Source: Hypanus sabinus (Eukaryota). Taken from it: a stretch of DNA of 64,000 nucleotides. How positions within the stretch are numbered: the first letter of the stretch is position 1; every line of letters begins with the position of its first letter. The stretch spans positions 24,490,001 through 24,554,000 of the forward strand of contig NC_082731.1 of the NCBI RefSeq assembly GCF_030144855.1, in the 5' to 3' direction. Of this stretch, positions 13,154 to 25,281 are shown one piece after another. Position numbers and translations under genes: made by a program. Under the pieces are notes generated by a model. The model saw only the letters and a list, made by a program, of their open reading frames with translations. It did not search any database and was not told the DNA's origin.

Positions 13154-14479
13154 CTCGTCCTCGGCCTTCTGCTCTGTTGACATGGTAAGGCCACGACGAG
13201 CGCTTTCTTATTGTCCTCGGCTCTTAAATTTATAGAGACTCCAATCTCTCCTCTATTTGCCTCGCCTCGGCTCGTTCTTTTGGAATGTCTCGATCTTTCC
13301 AATTCGGACTGCCTTCCAAATCGATCAAAACGCGGCCCTTTCATCGACTCAGCCGCACCGTCTCGAATTGGCCACAAGTTCTTTCCAGAAACTCAGCACT
13401 AGCTTGATGCAGCAGGCCTTCTCTAGCGAGATATAGTCCCGCCTCACCTGTGAGCAGCACCGCAATAATGCATGATCGTTCTGGGAGTTAAATTTCCGGT
13501 GTTAAATTATTTCCTGCGTAGCGCCCCCGTACCAGTAGGTGATGCAGCCAGGTGGCATCTTCTTTAAGGTAAATATTTCTGTCTGCGCTTAAACTGTTAA
13601 TGAACTATCCGATACCATGTTTACTCTTTAACCATGTCGTAATGTTCGGCCCAGTACAGACAATCAGATATCTTGACACCAACAACTTTAAAACGTTCAC
13701 TCATTTCAGTTTTCCTCACTGTATGTTGTGTGCTGTGTCTTCCCTAATCTTACCGTTTCTGAAATCCATAATTAAATATTTTGACTTCCGACACTGAACG
13801 CAAATTTGTTATTGTGACAGCATCAGCTCATGCTGTTACTCGATGTTGTTTACTATGAACCGGCAGGCTTAACGCTCCAGACGAAATAATAGTCAGCACT
13901 ACTCCAGTTGTTGAAAATTCCATTAGCGAATCCAGTTTCTTGCCGGATTGGACCTCGTTAAATTAAGTTAAGGATTACTTACGTTGGAATTTTCCAGTAA
14001 AATTCTCTTAGGGAATGATGTTGTTCTTTTAGTACATTTTTTGATGAGACTTTAAAATCTGCGAAAATGGAAATTTGGTGACTGCTGTTTTTTTTTTGTA
14101 TAACGGTTCACTTCAAAGACGATATTATGACAATATTTAGCCTGCACTACATGTACTATGCACTAACACCTTACACTTCCTTTTCTGTATTGCTCTTCCT
14201 TATCCACAACTCTTTAAGAGTGAAGAATTCAGATTGGCCTGCTCATAATATCGATGTTCCTTTCCCTTTCTTTGTCCTAACCCGGCTTCCGAAACAGCAG
14301 CAGGAGCACCAAACTGAGTCGCCATTTTTGGCAGAGGACAGGTGGCTCAAATGAGGCTGTCGTTCAGAACAAGTGGTGTTTTCCGTAAATTGTCCGGGAA
14401 TTTTTCTGTAAAGGTTTCCTTTATTGTCACAGTGTAAGGGGAACTTAGTGTCGTTTAAATGGCTTTTGTGTGCTCTTCA

Positions 14480-16490
14480 TGCCAGATGCAGGAGGTCTTG
14501 GAAATATAGAGGCTACCAAGAAACGACAACTACGTGAACTGCATTTATCTGCAGATTCTGGAAGATCATGTTAGGATTTTGCAAGAACAACTGGCTTGAA
14601 CGGGAGATGCGAAGTTCATAATTCAGAGTTATAGAGAAATAATGTCTTCTAACTTGCATAAAGTGCCTAACTGCAAACTGTCAAGAGAAGGAATGAGGCA
14701 ATGAATAGATAGTGTAGAGCACCTCTTTGGCTATTTTTCTTTATAATACATATACAGTTTTGGATACTGTAGCGGACGATGGCCTCCCTGTGGAATTCCG
14801 CGGTGTAAAGGTTACTGGCACTGAAGATGGAACCTGTCGTAGAAGGGAAGGAGGGTGTACAGAGGAATGGTATTGATAAATTAGTAGTCAATGAAAAAGA
14901 CAGCTGTTTCCGTGGACTTGATCACTATACCCGGATGGTATTTTGCCATTCACGTGTCACGGGCAGGGAAGTCTCCGATCGCGTCCATGGCATGCTGGAG
15001 GAGGATGAAAGAACCTTTGTGGATTTGCACATATTGTTTTCAATGGCATAGGAATGAAAAGCATAGAGGTCCTGAAAAGAGAATTTAAAGAGCCAGGCTG
15101 AGAAGCGTAACCTCTAAGTCTGCACCTTCTGGATGGCTAGATGCACAATGTGTCAGTGACTGTAGAAACCGGATGATTTGGCAGATATATGCACAGCTGA
15201 GAAGCTGGCACTGGAGGACTTCTTCTGGATCAATGGGATTGCTTCCGTGCGATGTATGACTGATGCCAAAGGGCCGAGAAGTACCTGAACGCGAAAGGGG
15301 CCGACAATCTCAGGGCACCTTCATAGACGGTCTTGGAGAATTTATAAACTAATTGGTCAGGGTTGGAAACTATATTGAAGGAACTTAAAAAAAATAAAAC
15401 AACAAATGCATGGAAATACACTGTCAGGAAGGGCAGGCAGATAACAGCTCCAAATTGCAGCCAGCGGGGTAAAAAAAAAAGTACAAAAGAGAATCAGGGA
15501 TGCGGAATTAAAAAGGGATGGTAAATGTAGTACTCTAAGTATTACATCTCAATGCATGGAGTGTAAGAAATAAGGTGGAGGCTCTTTGTTCATTTACAGA
15601 TTGTCGGTATGATTTTATGGCCATCAATATATCGTAGTTGTAGCTGACAGCTGAAAGTGCAAATTAACACATTGTATCTGAGAGATAGGAAAGTAGGCTC
15701 ATGGCCTGGAGTGGCTCTGCTGCTAAGAAATAACGTCAAATTGCTAGACAATTATGTTATTCAATTGGAATTGCAGAGTCGTAATTGGTTTAGTTAAGAA
15801 ACTGCAAAAGGTAAAATGACCCTGATAACAGTTATATTCAGCCCTATAAACAGGAACTACGACATGGAGAACAGATTGTAACGGAAATACAAAACTTGTG
15901 TGATAAGGGCAGTGGTAAGATAATAATGGGTGATGTTTACATACTGGTAAATTGGAAATATCAAACTGGTATTCGACATCAACTGGTTACATTTGCACTG
16001 TGCTTCCTGGATGGATTTTTAGAACAGCCTGTCGATAAGCCTACGAGGGAATCCTCAAAAGTGGTTCGGATGTTAAGTAATAAAGAGTATACGATTAAGT
16101 AGATTAATTTGAAGGAAGCCAAAGGGAACAATGATAATAATGCGTTTGCTTTCAAATTGAAATATAATATGCAGATTAAAAAGTGTGATGTGGCAGCGCT
16201 CCAGTGGAGTAAATAAATTTATGTGGTACGAGAGAGGATTTAGCCAAAGTAACTTCAAAACAGTTGTTGTTAAGGAATACAGCAGAGCAGCAATGGCCGA
16301 GTTTCTGGGAAAAATGAGGAATTTACACGATATAGGTATTTCAAAACCAAATAAATTATCATATAAGAAAAAAATCGTTCATCTGCGTTTAACAAGGGAC
16401 ATAGCAGTCAATGTAAAGAAAAAACAGAAGGCATACAACACACTAAAAATGCTAAACAGAGAAATAGACGTCTTGGAAATGTTTCAATAA
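14480..16490 (+). mobile_element. Decayed CR1-type LINE (ORF1/endonuclease region)
   Basis: Degenerate ORF1 (CQMQEVLE..., DSCFRG) and endonuclease-like pieces (NARSVRNKVE, EQPVDKPTRE). Confidence 0.65.
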
Positions 16491-17056
16491 ATTTCCATAA
16501 GTACATTTAATGTCAGAGAAATGTCCGCCATATTCGTAATGAAATTCATTTTCCATCATGTTCGCCCTTCTTATTGTAGACGACGTTTGTCTGTTTGTTC
16601 CACATGATAAATGAGGACATCATCCACAGATGTTTTGGCTTGAGTCACACAAATGTGCTTCACTTATTATATCGGTATACACATAATTGCCTCGGTCGTA
16701 TTCCTACAGTATAACAATCGGACCAGTAAACCCTCAAATAATAGTATTGGTGTTATAGTCATTCAGGGAATGTGTATATAAAATCCCAGGGGTTTATGGA
16801 ACCGACGGGGCAAACCTTTGCTTAGTTAACTTTTTTTTTTCTTTTGTATTTGGAAAATGGAGAAATTCTCAGTTGTTTGAATTCGAAACTAACTAAATCG
16901 GCATACATTAAAAAGTATATATGACTGTGCAGAATCCTGTTGTATTAGCTTAATCATATCATAGCGAGCACAGTCGCTGTGTTACGTCGTTAGAAGATGT
17001 ACAGCCGATTGAAACAGACCACAACAGAGAGCAACTGTTTCCAAGAAATCTGCGTT

Positions 17057-17095
17057 AGTTATTGTACGACGTCTCAGCTCGATGTCAACATTGTG
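17057..17095 (-). promoter_or_regulatory. Recombination signal sequence, 23-bp spacer (minus strand)
   Basis: Minus strand CACAATG (17095-17089) + 23 nt + ACAATAACT (17065-17057), the same nonamer as at 26188. Confidence 0.92.
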
Positions 17096-17408
17096 ACAAA
17101 CATGCATCGCTCTGCACAATAATATGTAACTGAGTCAGACAGCCACACACCTTTGATTGTGAGTTGAAATTACTTAAGTGAATTTTCTACTGTGTCAAGG
17201 AAACGGTCTTCGGCGAAATTGGTCTTCATTGAAATTCTGCCTTGTGTACTTCTCCCGACGGCAAATTTCGGCTGCAGTCCTGCGTGTTGACGGTCCCAAG
17301 ACAAGTAATAGGCCTCCTTCGTGTACGTGCAGGTCAATGTAACGACATCCCACTTTGTCCGTGTGAGGGATGATTCCCGATGTTTTATGCCATTTGGGTC
17401 AGCCACGC
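17096..17408 (-). pseudogene. TCR alpha/delta-type V segment pseudogene (single in-frame TAA), paralog of the 25856 V
   Basis: Acceptor TAAGCAG| at 17409. Frame VADPNGIKHRESSLTRTKWDVVTLTCTYTKEAYYLSWDRQ...TNFAEDRFLDTVENSLK*FQLTIKGVWLSDSVTYYCAERCMFV. Stop at 17170-17172; WYRQ is WDRQ. Confidence 0.9.
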
Positions 17409-17615
17409 CTGCTTACAGAACAGGGGAAAAAAAAAAAAAGTAGCCCAACTGTTAATCAGAATGCAATATTCGAGAAGTTTCAAAGCATGGTATATAACTA
17501 AAGTAATTTCAAGTACAGGATAAGGCTCAGCCTAATGAATCCCAAAGAGTATTGCATATCCCTCACCAGTGTCTACTGCGCCTTTTCACTTCGGTCCGGC
17601 AAGTTTTCCCATTAC

Positions 17616-17655
17616 CTTCTCCTTCACACAGATAGCACCAGGAAACCCTCCACAT
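17616..17655 (-). pseudogene. Probable degenerate leader exon of the 17096-17408 V
   Basis: ATG TGG AGG GTT TCC TGG TGC TAT CTG TGT GAA GGA GAA G|GTAATG: 40 nt, phase 1, about 200 nt upstream of the V acceptor, but only weakly hydrophobic. Confidence 0.5.
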
Positions 17656-18494
17656 TTATTCTGCTACAAATCAGACCAGCTCAAAAATACGCGGACTGGT
17701 CCTTCCGAAGAAAACGAGGCTATATTGCAGAATAATTACCAATGTGCAGAATCCTACCATTTTATAGTTTTGCCATAGTGTTTACTTTCCGTTTTACCTG
17801 AAAAATGAACGAATCTCTTCTGTTAGCTGCACGTAAGTCAGAAGCGGTCAAAGACTTTGAAAAACTGAACAACAATTGTTCTAATTTGATCTTTATTCTT
17901 GTTGAAACTAAACAGCTCAAAATGATTGAGACTTCGTACCGAAAATGAACGTCAGGTAAATCCCAATGAGCGTAAGTAGATTTATTTCGTCAGCTCCATG
18001 TATTCGATCTAATATCTCTCACGAAGCAGCGGTTTGAATTCGCAGAAAACTCTAGCTGGGTTGCACATCTTTACGCCCTGTGGAAAACCATCCAGAAAGA
18101 TACACAATGACAAGATCTGCAGGAACTCTGTTGGAGGTCCACTATAGTCTGAATATCAAATGTTCAAAGGTACATTTAATATCAGGGAATCTGTGCTTTG
18201 CACGATATGAAATTTCTACTCTTCACAGTAGTCCACGAAACACGAAACACCATGAAATTAATGAAGGACACATCGGAGCCCCGAAGACCCCCTCACCTTC
18301 CCTTTGAACAACACAAACAACACACTCACACGCCGCAGAAGAAGCATCTAAACCCTAAATCAACCTCCAGCATGAAAACAGTCCTTGATGCAGTAGCCAT
18401 TACTACCCACCACAACCCAAAATATCCGTAATAGGGAAGGTCTCAGTCTCACACCAGCAACGGAGAGAATGGTCGGTTCTGCATTGAACAGCTA

Positions 18495-18835
18495 GCGTTG
18501 ATCCATTTTTACAACTTCCTGTGTCGCTTCTGCGAGAGCCGTGTTACAATGACCTACAGGGTCAGAATTCCTTTGAAAGAGAGAGGGAACTCTCCAGTTC
18601 ATGGGGCTTCCTCTGAAAGCAGCCAGTGATGAGCGAACACGTGTCCTGCTGTATTTGTGTTTCATTATCAATTTTCCTTCTCCCACGGCGCGTTGATTGT
18701 AGAAATCTCCGAGGGAATACGTCGTTTACGGGGCGACACCGGGCTGCCGATCTCCCAGCATCGAGGATGTACGCTTTCTTGGCCATTCCTAGAGATGAAG
18801 AAATGTCTGCGAACAGTGGGAACACAAACCGAACA
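18495..18835 (-). pseudogene. Decayed Ig constant (C1-set) exon, IgH-like
   Basis: Acceptor TTCGTTTCTTCTCTAG| at 18836. Across frameshifts: PTV..., C..VNDVFPSEIS.I...WEKEN, QQDTCSLI, W...S.F....VGH. Confidence 0.45.
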
Positions 18836-19384
18836 CTAGAGAAGAAACGAAGATGAAATTTAGATAATGTGGTCCAACAAACCGCAATCATCTTAAAAAG
18901 CAGAAAAGGACATAGGAGAATAAAAGGAAGCTGTTCCGAGGAAGTCTTTCCCCTTAATAATCGTTTTCAAAACTGTGATGCAGCTTTTTTTTTCGAATGG
19001 ACGAAGCCTGAGAAAAGGGCGTAAAGTTGAAAAGCGAAGTTTTCGCCAAGGATTAAATAAGCGAGATATTTAACCTGGAGACGTTAGATAATTGAAATAG
19101 GGAGCTTCTTCTCAAAACTGTCGCAGCCAGTTCTACAAGAGCATATCAATAAAGCACAAAATCGAAGACAAAAAGAAATGTGTGAACGATCAGGGGTATA
19201 AAAACAGTCTTAGAGCAAACCGTCCCTTATTTCTCACTATTCGTTAGGTATTACCGGAGCCTTACATCTTGATATCGGACGTAACAATTCGTTAATTACT
19301 CAGGCTGAGGACGAATATTCATGTCTGACACAGACGCAGACATATATAAAAATACACCTGGCTTCTTCAAATTTTATTTACACC

Positions 19385-20047
19385 ATGGACAGAAACATTC
19401 TCTTTCTTTTGCACTTGGTTTGCATGTCCAATGATTCTTTCTGGTAATTTTTGGACAATTGACAATGATACACACATCCTGTACGCCCTTAATATCATGT
19501 TGAATCTTAATGTCCAACCAGCTGTCTATGACATCTGTGAATTACTATCAAAATATACATCATCGTCAGATGACCTGCTTAGTCAAGTGGGAACTGGTTC
19601 TGTTGAGAGGGTAGATGATAACATCGTCGTCTCTAAAATACTCCTCTAGGCAAATTGTGTCAGTGATCGGATACGAACCAGGACCAGGTTTTCTATGATC
19701 TTCGTAATATCTGAGGTCAGGGGACACTAGACAGTCATAATTCAACATTTTCTGTTGTCCCGTTTATGGTCCAGGGATGTTTTCCACAAAGCCGGGACAG
19801 TTTCAACCTTGTACAACGGTAGGATGGATAGAAGGAAACGCGTCACTTTCACATTACAACTTTGAATCGATTTATTTCGTCTAGCACTGCACTAATCCAA
19901 ACGAGAAGCAGATATATACGGTCCAAGGAGTTCGAACAAGTCCTCTAAATTTCATGCCGATTTCTTGAAAAGCCGATATCCTGATGTTGAGCAGTTCTCA
20001 GAAAGGGAGTATAAATTAACAGGCATGTTTGCGCCTGTCTCACAGTA
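19385..20047 (+). pseudogene. Decayed third paralogous TCR V gene (leader + V remnant)
   Basis: Leader MDRNILFLLHLVCMSNDSF with donor GTAATT at 19444 resembles the 25236 leader but is phase 2. Around 19957-20022 it reads ADFLKSRYPDVEQFSEREYKLT, aligning by eye with ADFAKGRFADVVQEGQMEYRLT. The YYC region is missing; heptamer-like CACAGTA at 20041. TATA-like ATATATAAAA about 40 nt upstream. Confidence 0.7.
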
Positions 20048-20829
20048 ATATATTTGAGTTCTCACTTTTACTGTTATCAGATCAGTTGCATCTATATAGG
20101 TTAACTGACAGTTATCAGGGGCGCAGCTGTTGCCGGTTCAGGGCTGTATTTGACAACAGTTCATCCACTATTATGATGAAGAAACTCTTGTCTTGAAAGG
20201 AATTAACGTTCTTAAGAGTCGAAATAGGTTTAACAGAACTGGATTCTAGTCATGTTAAGTGTTTTTACATCTGTGTCTTGTTCATAGCATTTAATAATTA
20301 ATAAATTATTGGATGGCATACTTTTTATGTTGCCTTGAGCCTTAAGGATTTCTATTGCTCACGTAGACAATATAATTACTCTCACTCTGTCTGTTGTCGT
20401 ATCGAATGCTTTCGAACAGTAACTGCTTCTAAAGCAACAGGTCCATAGCATGGATGGTCCCGTTCCCGTATGTCTTAAATCAGCATCTGTCTGTCCCTTA
20501 TTGTGCCCGTCATAAATTGATCAGAATGTGGGGCTGCAGTAAGTTCTTCTGCGAAGTTTAGTAAGTTACTGGACAGGATATATAGATATATATCCATACC
20601 AAACTTATCTGGAACATTCAATATAACGGATTGATCAAGATAAATTTCTGGTATGACGACTGTAAAGTTGGATCAGACCTGCATTTGTAGTAAGGTATGA
20701 TTCTTTATGAGTTTCTATTTTAAATCAGCTCTTTGATGAATGACGTTTGACATTTGATGGTGACTGTTCACGTAGTTATCTACAGTTCTATTGCTGCAGG
20801 ATCCTATAATACGTCTGTTTATTTTTTTG

Positions 20830-23190
20830 TTTTCGGTGCACGGTGTCAGATGTGGAAGTTTCGAGAGATTCCCAGCTTCCCGGATGTGCACAACTGCGCC
20901 AGGTTACTCGATTTTCTGCTTCTTAAGGGCCGTGTTCGGGACTCGGAGATGCAGCTCCATGACCTTCGTCTGCAGGCTGGGAGTGGGAAATAATGGAACC
21001 GAACTGAAGAGACGGAGGAAGAGGGTGTTGGCGCACAAATAGGGAGTTCGGCGACAAAGCGAGAGAGAGAATAGGAAGATCTAGAACGGGCGCGCTCTGA
21101 TCGATTGTTTGAGAGATGTCCATTTTAAATTATTGGAAAAGCGGATGAGCTTAGGGCGTTGATCAGTACTAGGAGCTATGATGCTGTGGTCATTACAGAG
21201 ACTTGATTGGCTCTGGGGAAGGAATAGTTATTTCGACTGCCAGTCTTTAGATGTTTCAGAAAGGACAAGGATTATGGCAAGCAAGGTAGGTGTGTGGAAC
21301 TGTTGAACAGAGATGGGATCACAGCCATAGAAAAGGAGAAGGACATGGAGGGATTGTCGACTCAGTCTCTGTGTATGGAAGCTACGAATAGGTAGTGGTA
21401 AATATATCAACATTTTAAAGACCACCCAATAACAACTGGGACATCGAGCAGCAGGTCGGGTGACATTTCTGTAAAGTTGTAATAATAACAGTGTTGCCTT
21501 GGTGGACGAATTTAACTAACGATCCACTTGTTAGGTGAATTCAAGAGAATTTCTTGACAGAATATTTATATACGCATAAATAGGCGAGGCTGTACTTGAA
21601 CTGGTATTGGTATATATACCTGATCATGTGTCAGAACTCTGAATGGAAGAACATTCTGCAGATGGTGATCACAGCTCTAGCATAGCATTGGCGTTGGAAT
21701 CCGAAATCAGAACAGACATGGTAGAAAAGATTTTAATTGGAGTAGGAGAACGATGAAGCTATCAGGCAGGAGTTTCGCAAAATAAATTGGACACAAATAT
21801 TATGAAGGAAATGGACGGAATAAACCTGTACAAATGTCCAGGCTTTGGACATTCTGCATTGCAGAATTCTGCATTGGTAAGTTTCATTGAGACAGGGAGG
21901 GTATAGTAGGGTACAGGAACATTGATGTACAAAGGATTTTGTAAATCTATACAAAAAATAAAAAAAGTACAATTAAAATCTAGGTAACGATAGAGAGATA
22001 GAACATTATATGGCTTGAAGGAAGGAGTTCAAGAAAGAAATTAGAGCAGCTAGCAGGGGACAAAGTACCCCGTGGAAGGCTTATTGAAAAATGAAGAAGG
22101 GATATTACCCAAGAGGAATATGCTTTTTAGATCCAAAACTGGCTTTGTCACAGAAGGCAAGTCTGGTTGTAAACGGGTCAGATCCAGCACTGAGATCGGT
22201 CACCTGCTCAGTCTCAGGGATCTGTTCTGGGATCCATACTCTTAGTTATTTGCAGAAATGACCTGGATGAAGGGTTGGGTTAGCCAATTTGCTGATAATG
22301 CAAAAGTTGGGTGTTTTGTGGACAGTGTAGAGGGTTATCTGATGTTCCACCAGGACATAGAGAGGATGCAAAAATGGACAGCGGAGTGGGCGATGGAGTT
22401 CAACTCAAAGAAGTGTGAGGTGGTTCATTTTTGGTAAGTGAAATACGATGACAGGATATAGTATTTATGACAACACTGTTGGCTCTGTGGAGGATCAGAT
22501 GGATCAGAAGGCTGTTGCGTAGATTGACAATGTAGTTATGAAAACTTGCGGTACATTGTCCTTCATCAATCACAGCATTAATTTTATGAGCGAAGAGGTG
22601 ATGTTGCAGATATATAGGGCCCTATTCAGTCCTTACTTGCAGTACGGAGCTCAGATCTGGTCGCCTCCTGAGGCAGGATGTGGAAGTCGTTGAATGTGTG
22701 CAGAGGAGATTTACAAGAATGCTACCTGTACTTGGGTGATTACATTATGAGAAAGGTTTGAGTGAACTCGGCCTTTATTTCCTTGGAGCGACAGAAAATG
22801 TGAAGAGACCTGATGGATGTGTATAAAATGATGAGAGGTATTTATCAGGTGTATAGTCAGACGCTTTTTTTTTTCCTGGGGCTGAAATAGCTAGCATGAG
22901 AGGGCACAGTTTTAAGGTCATTAGATGTAGGTGCAGAGGAGATATCAGTGGTATGTTTTTTTTTTAACCAGTATGTGTTGCGTGCGTGGAATTCGCTGCC
23001 GGCGATGGTAGTGGAGGCAGATGAGATAGGGTCATCTAACAGACTCCGACACAGGTATATACAGCCATGGAAAAATAGGGGGCTAGGGGTAACCCTAGTT
23101 AATTTCTCAGGTAATGACATGTCTGGCATAACATTGCCGGCGGATGAGCCTGTATTGTGCTGTAAGTTTTCTATGTGTCTGTGGTCCTAA
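20830..23190 (+). mobile_element. Decayed near-full-length CR1-type LINE
   Basis: 5' CQMWKFREIP.FPD.HNC, endonuclease fragments, FADNAKVG, and 3' end with FFNQYVLRAWNSLP. Confidence 0.85.
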
Positions 23191-23984
23191 TGTACTGTGT
23201 TGGGTTGTTGTATTTTTTTCTTCCATTGTCAGCTTTTAAATTACACATATTTGAATGTTTGTAAACAAACTGGTTCTCTATTGCCACAACAAGGTTTTGT
23301 TTTTGTGAGAAGATATCTTCAACTTTGGAGCTGGTATTTGACATTTTGTTATCGACATCCAGACTGTTCAGACAGGGGCAACGTTTTTCATGGAGGAAAT
23401 ATATGGTATTTCTTCAACTTTAAATGTTCAATCTCTCATTTGAATTTAGTGCCGTGTCCTTTTACAAGAATTTAATGCACTCCCGTTGTGTGCTAAATAT
23501 GTGCTTTCGTTGATGAAAATAGATACTAAGAATTTAGGTGACTCTACCATAGAATTTTATCATGTGTTATTCCAGTTCCTCCTTCTGTTCTATGTAATGT
23601 TAATATTAGTGAGAAAGAGCGCACAAAATGTTTTCTGAAATAGGCAATATCATTTGTTGCTTCATTTGTAGATTTATAATTTGATTTTGATCAAGATATA
23701 GGTATAGAGGAAGTGTCCACCTCCTTTGAAATAATGTTGTACTACTGAGCTCTGTTTGATCGTTTTTTCTTAAGACTTGAAGTAAATTCTGCCAAATGTT
23801 TTTCCTTGTCGGATTATATTGTATGATCCGTACTTGCAGTTATCTCAGATAAAGTTATCATGTATTGTGTTATTATATATCATATTCATCTAACTCTTTT
23901 ATGCATCGTGCTGCTCTGATTTATATTGTGATATTTTTTTTCTCTCATCTCCGGAATTCTGCTGAACTCATCCCATCTCCAACG

Positions 23985-24300
23985 GGATACCACCATTAAT
24001 CATGTCTCGCAACCGTCCTTGATTACTGTCTTCCACAGAGATCATTCCCTTCGTAATTCACTTGACCTTTTGTCCTTTCCCAGTGACCTAGCACCTGGTA
24101 TTTATTGGCGCAGGTGGAACAAGTGCTACACGTGCCTTTACACTTCCTCCCTTACTATTCTTCAGTGCCCCAAGCAGTACTTCCATGTGAGGCGACAATT
24201 CACGAGGGAGTATATTCGTGTCACTATGTCCGGTATTCCTGGTATGTCCACAGATGTACTGGTGAAAAAGTGAGATATATTGATTCCCTCGGAATAGAAA
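23985..24300 (+). mobile_element. Penelope-like element fragment (GIY-YIG end)
   Basis: TVFHRDHSLRNSL...KCYTCLYTSSLT.LQ.PKQ.FHVRR.FT. Confidence 0.75.
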
Positions 24301-24429
24301 TGTATCTATAGGCATGAAGAAAATGCCAGGGAAAAGAAAAATCCATCACATTAAAAAATCCAGCTGCAATACAAGTCAAACTGACAACTTGCTTCGACAG
24401 AATCAAAAGTAAAATATTATTCACTAAAG

Positions 24430-24830
24430 CTTTGCTTTGAAATAGAAACTCATAGAATAAAGTATACCATACTATAAATTCAAGACTGATCCGGTTTATA
24501 TACCGAATGCCAAAAATTATAATTTGGCCCGATCTGGCAAGATTAATGGACTAGATAGGATGGATGTTGCGAGGATATCAAATATTTTGGAGGTAATATA
24601 AAGCGAAAAGGCACAGCCTCCAAATTAGGAGCGGCTTTTTGGATACAGGTAAGGATGATTTTGTTTTTGCCAGTACAGTAACGAATCTTCGGAAGTTTCT
24701 GCTACAGACTGTGGTGTTCAAGACCGTGGGTATTTGTTAGTCGGAAATTGAGAGTTTCCTGATCGGACAGTGCATAAAATAATGCGGAGAGACACAGGTT
24801 TATGGGATTGACTGGGATTCGAGATCAACA
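24430..24830 (+). mobile_element. Decayed CR1 3' fragment
   Basis: Degenerate 3' ORF2/UTR sequence. Confidence 0.55.
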
Positions 24831-25099
24831 ATATTAATTCATCATCATTTTAATGAGAATTATTCTTATTATTTCACAAAAATGCGATGTTAAATTAAAA
24901 TTAATTAATATGCTTCGATGTATCAATAAACAGCCAGTAAAATCGAACCCAATTCTGAATCTCTGGTATTCTCAGATATCTGATAGATACACTGGGTGCT
25001 TTCTTTGGAGAATTATCATGTTAATACACCAATTTCCGTTTGAATTCGATGAATTCAGAATAAAGTTCGCTGTTGTGTAGGCACCCACTCCTTAACAAA

Positions 25100-25150
25100 T
25101 CAAGCTATAAAAATAAATGTCTATCAGCTCTACAGGAAATGACGCATTAG
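25100..25150 (+). promoter_or_regulatory. Possible V-gene promoter elements (TATA-like CTATAAAA and CRE-like TGACGCA)
   Basis: Motifs lie about 90-130 nt upstream of the leader ATG. CRE-like boxes are typical of TCR V promoters. Motif match only. Confidence 0.3.
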
Positions 25151-25235
25151 CACCCAGTCGGCAATTCTTTCTCCATTTCATCCATGATAAACAGACCCAT
25201 GACACTTAGAAGTCTCATCAGTTTTGGAGTGGAAG

Positions 25236-25281
25236 ATGCGACACCATTCACTCCTTGCGTTGTGGGTTTCATTGATCTTTG
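25236..25281 (+). CDS. Leader exon of TCR alpha/delta-type V gene (MRHHSLLALWVSLIF + phase-1 G)
   Basis: ATG at 25236, 46-nt hydrophobic exon, donor GTAAGT at 25282. Phase 1 joins in frame to the acceptor TTCCAG| at 25855, giving ...LIF-D-LSDASSVTQ. Confidence 0.88.

Noticed and set aside
14320-14350. IFGRG J-like motif
   Set aside because: No RSS upstream and no donor at the expected distance.
17805-18245. Possible fourth V (MNESLLLAA|GTAAGT leader; YSLNIK..., TGTGCTTTG; CACAGTA)
   Set aside because: The leader-like exon is suggestive, but the downstream sequence does not align convincingly with the three V paralogs, and a shared 13-mer with 19869 is within chance for AT-rich DNA.
20740-20780. 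TTTGACATTTG ATGGTGACTGTTCAC resembling an IgH J with WGQGT deleted
   Set aside because: Needs a large deletion, has no usable RSS and a poor donor; too short to separate from chance.
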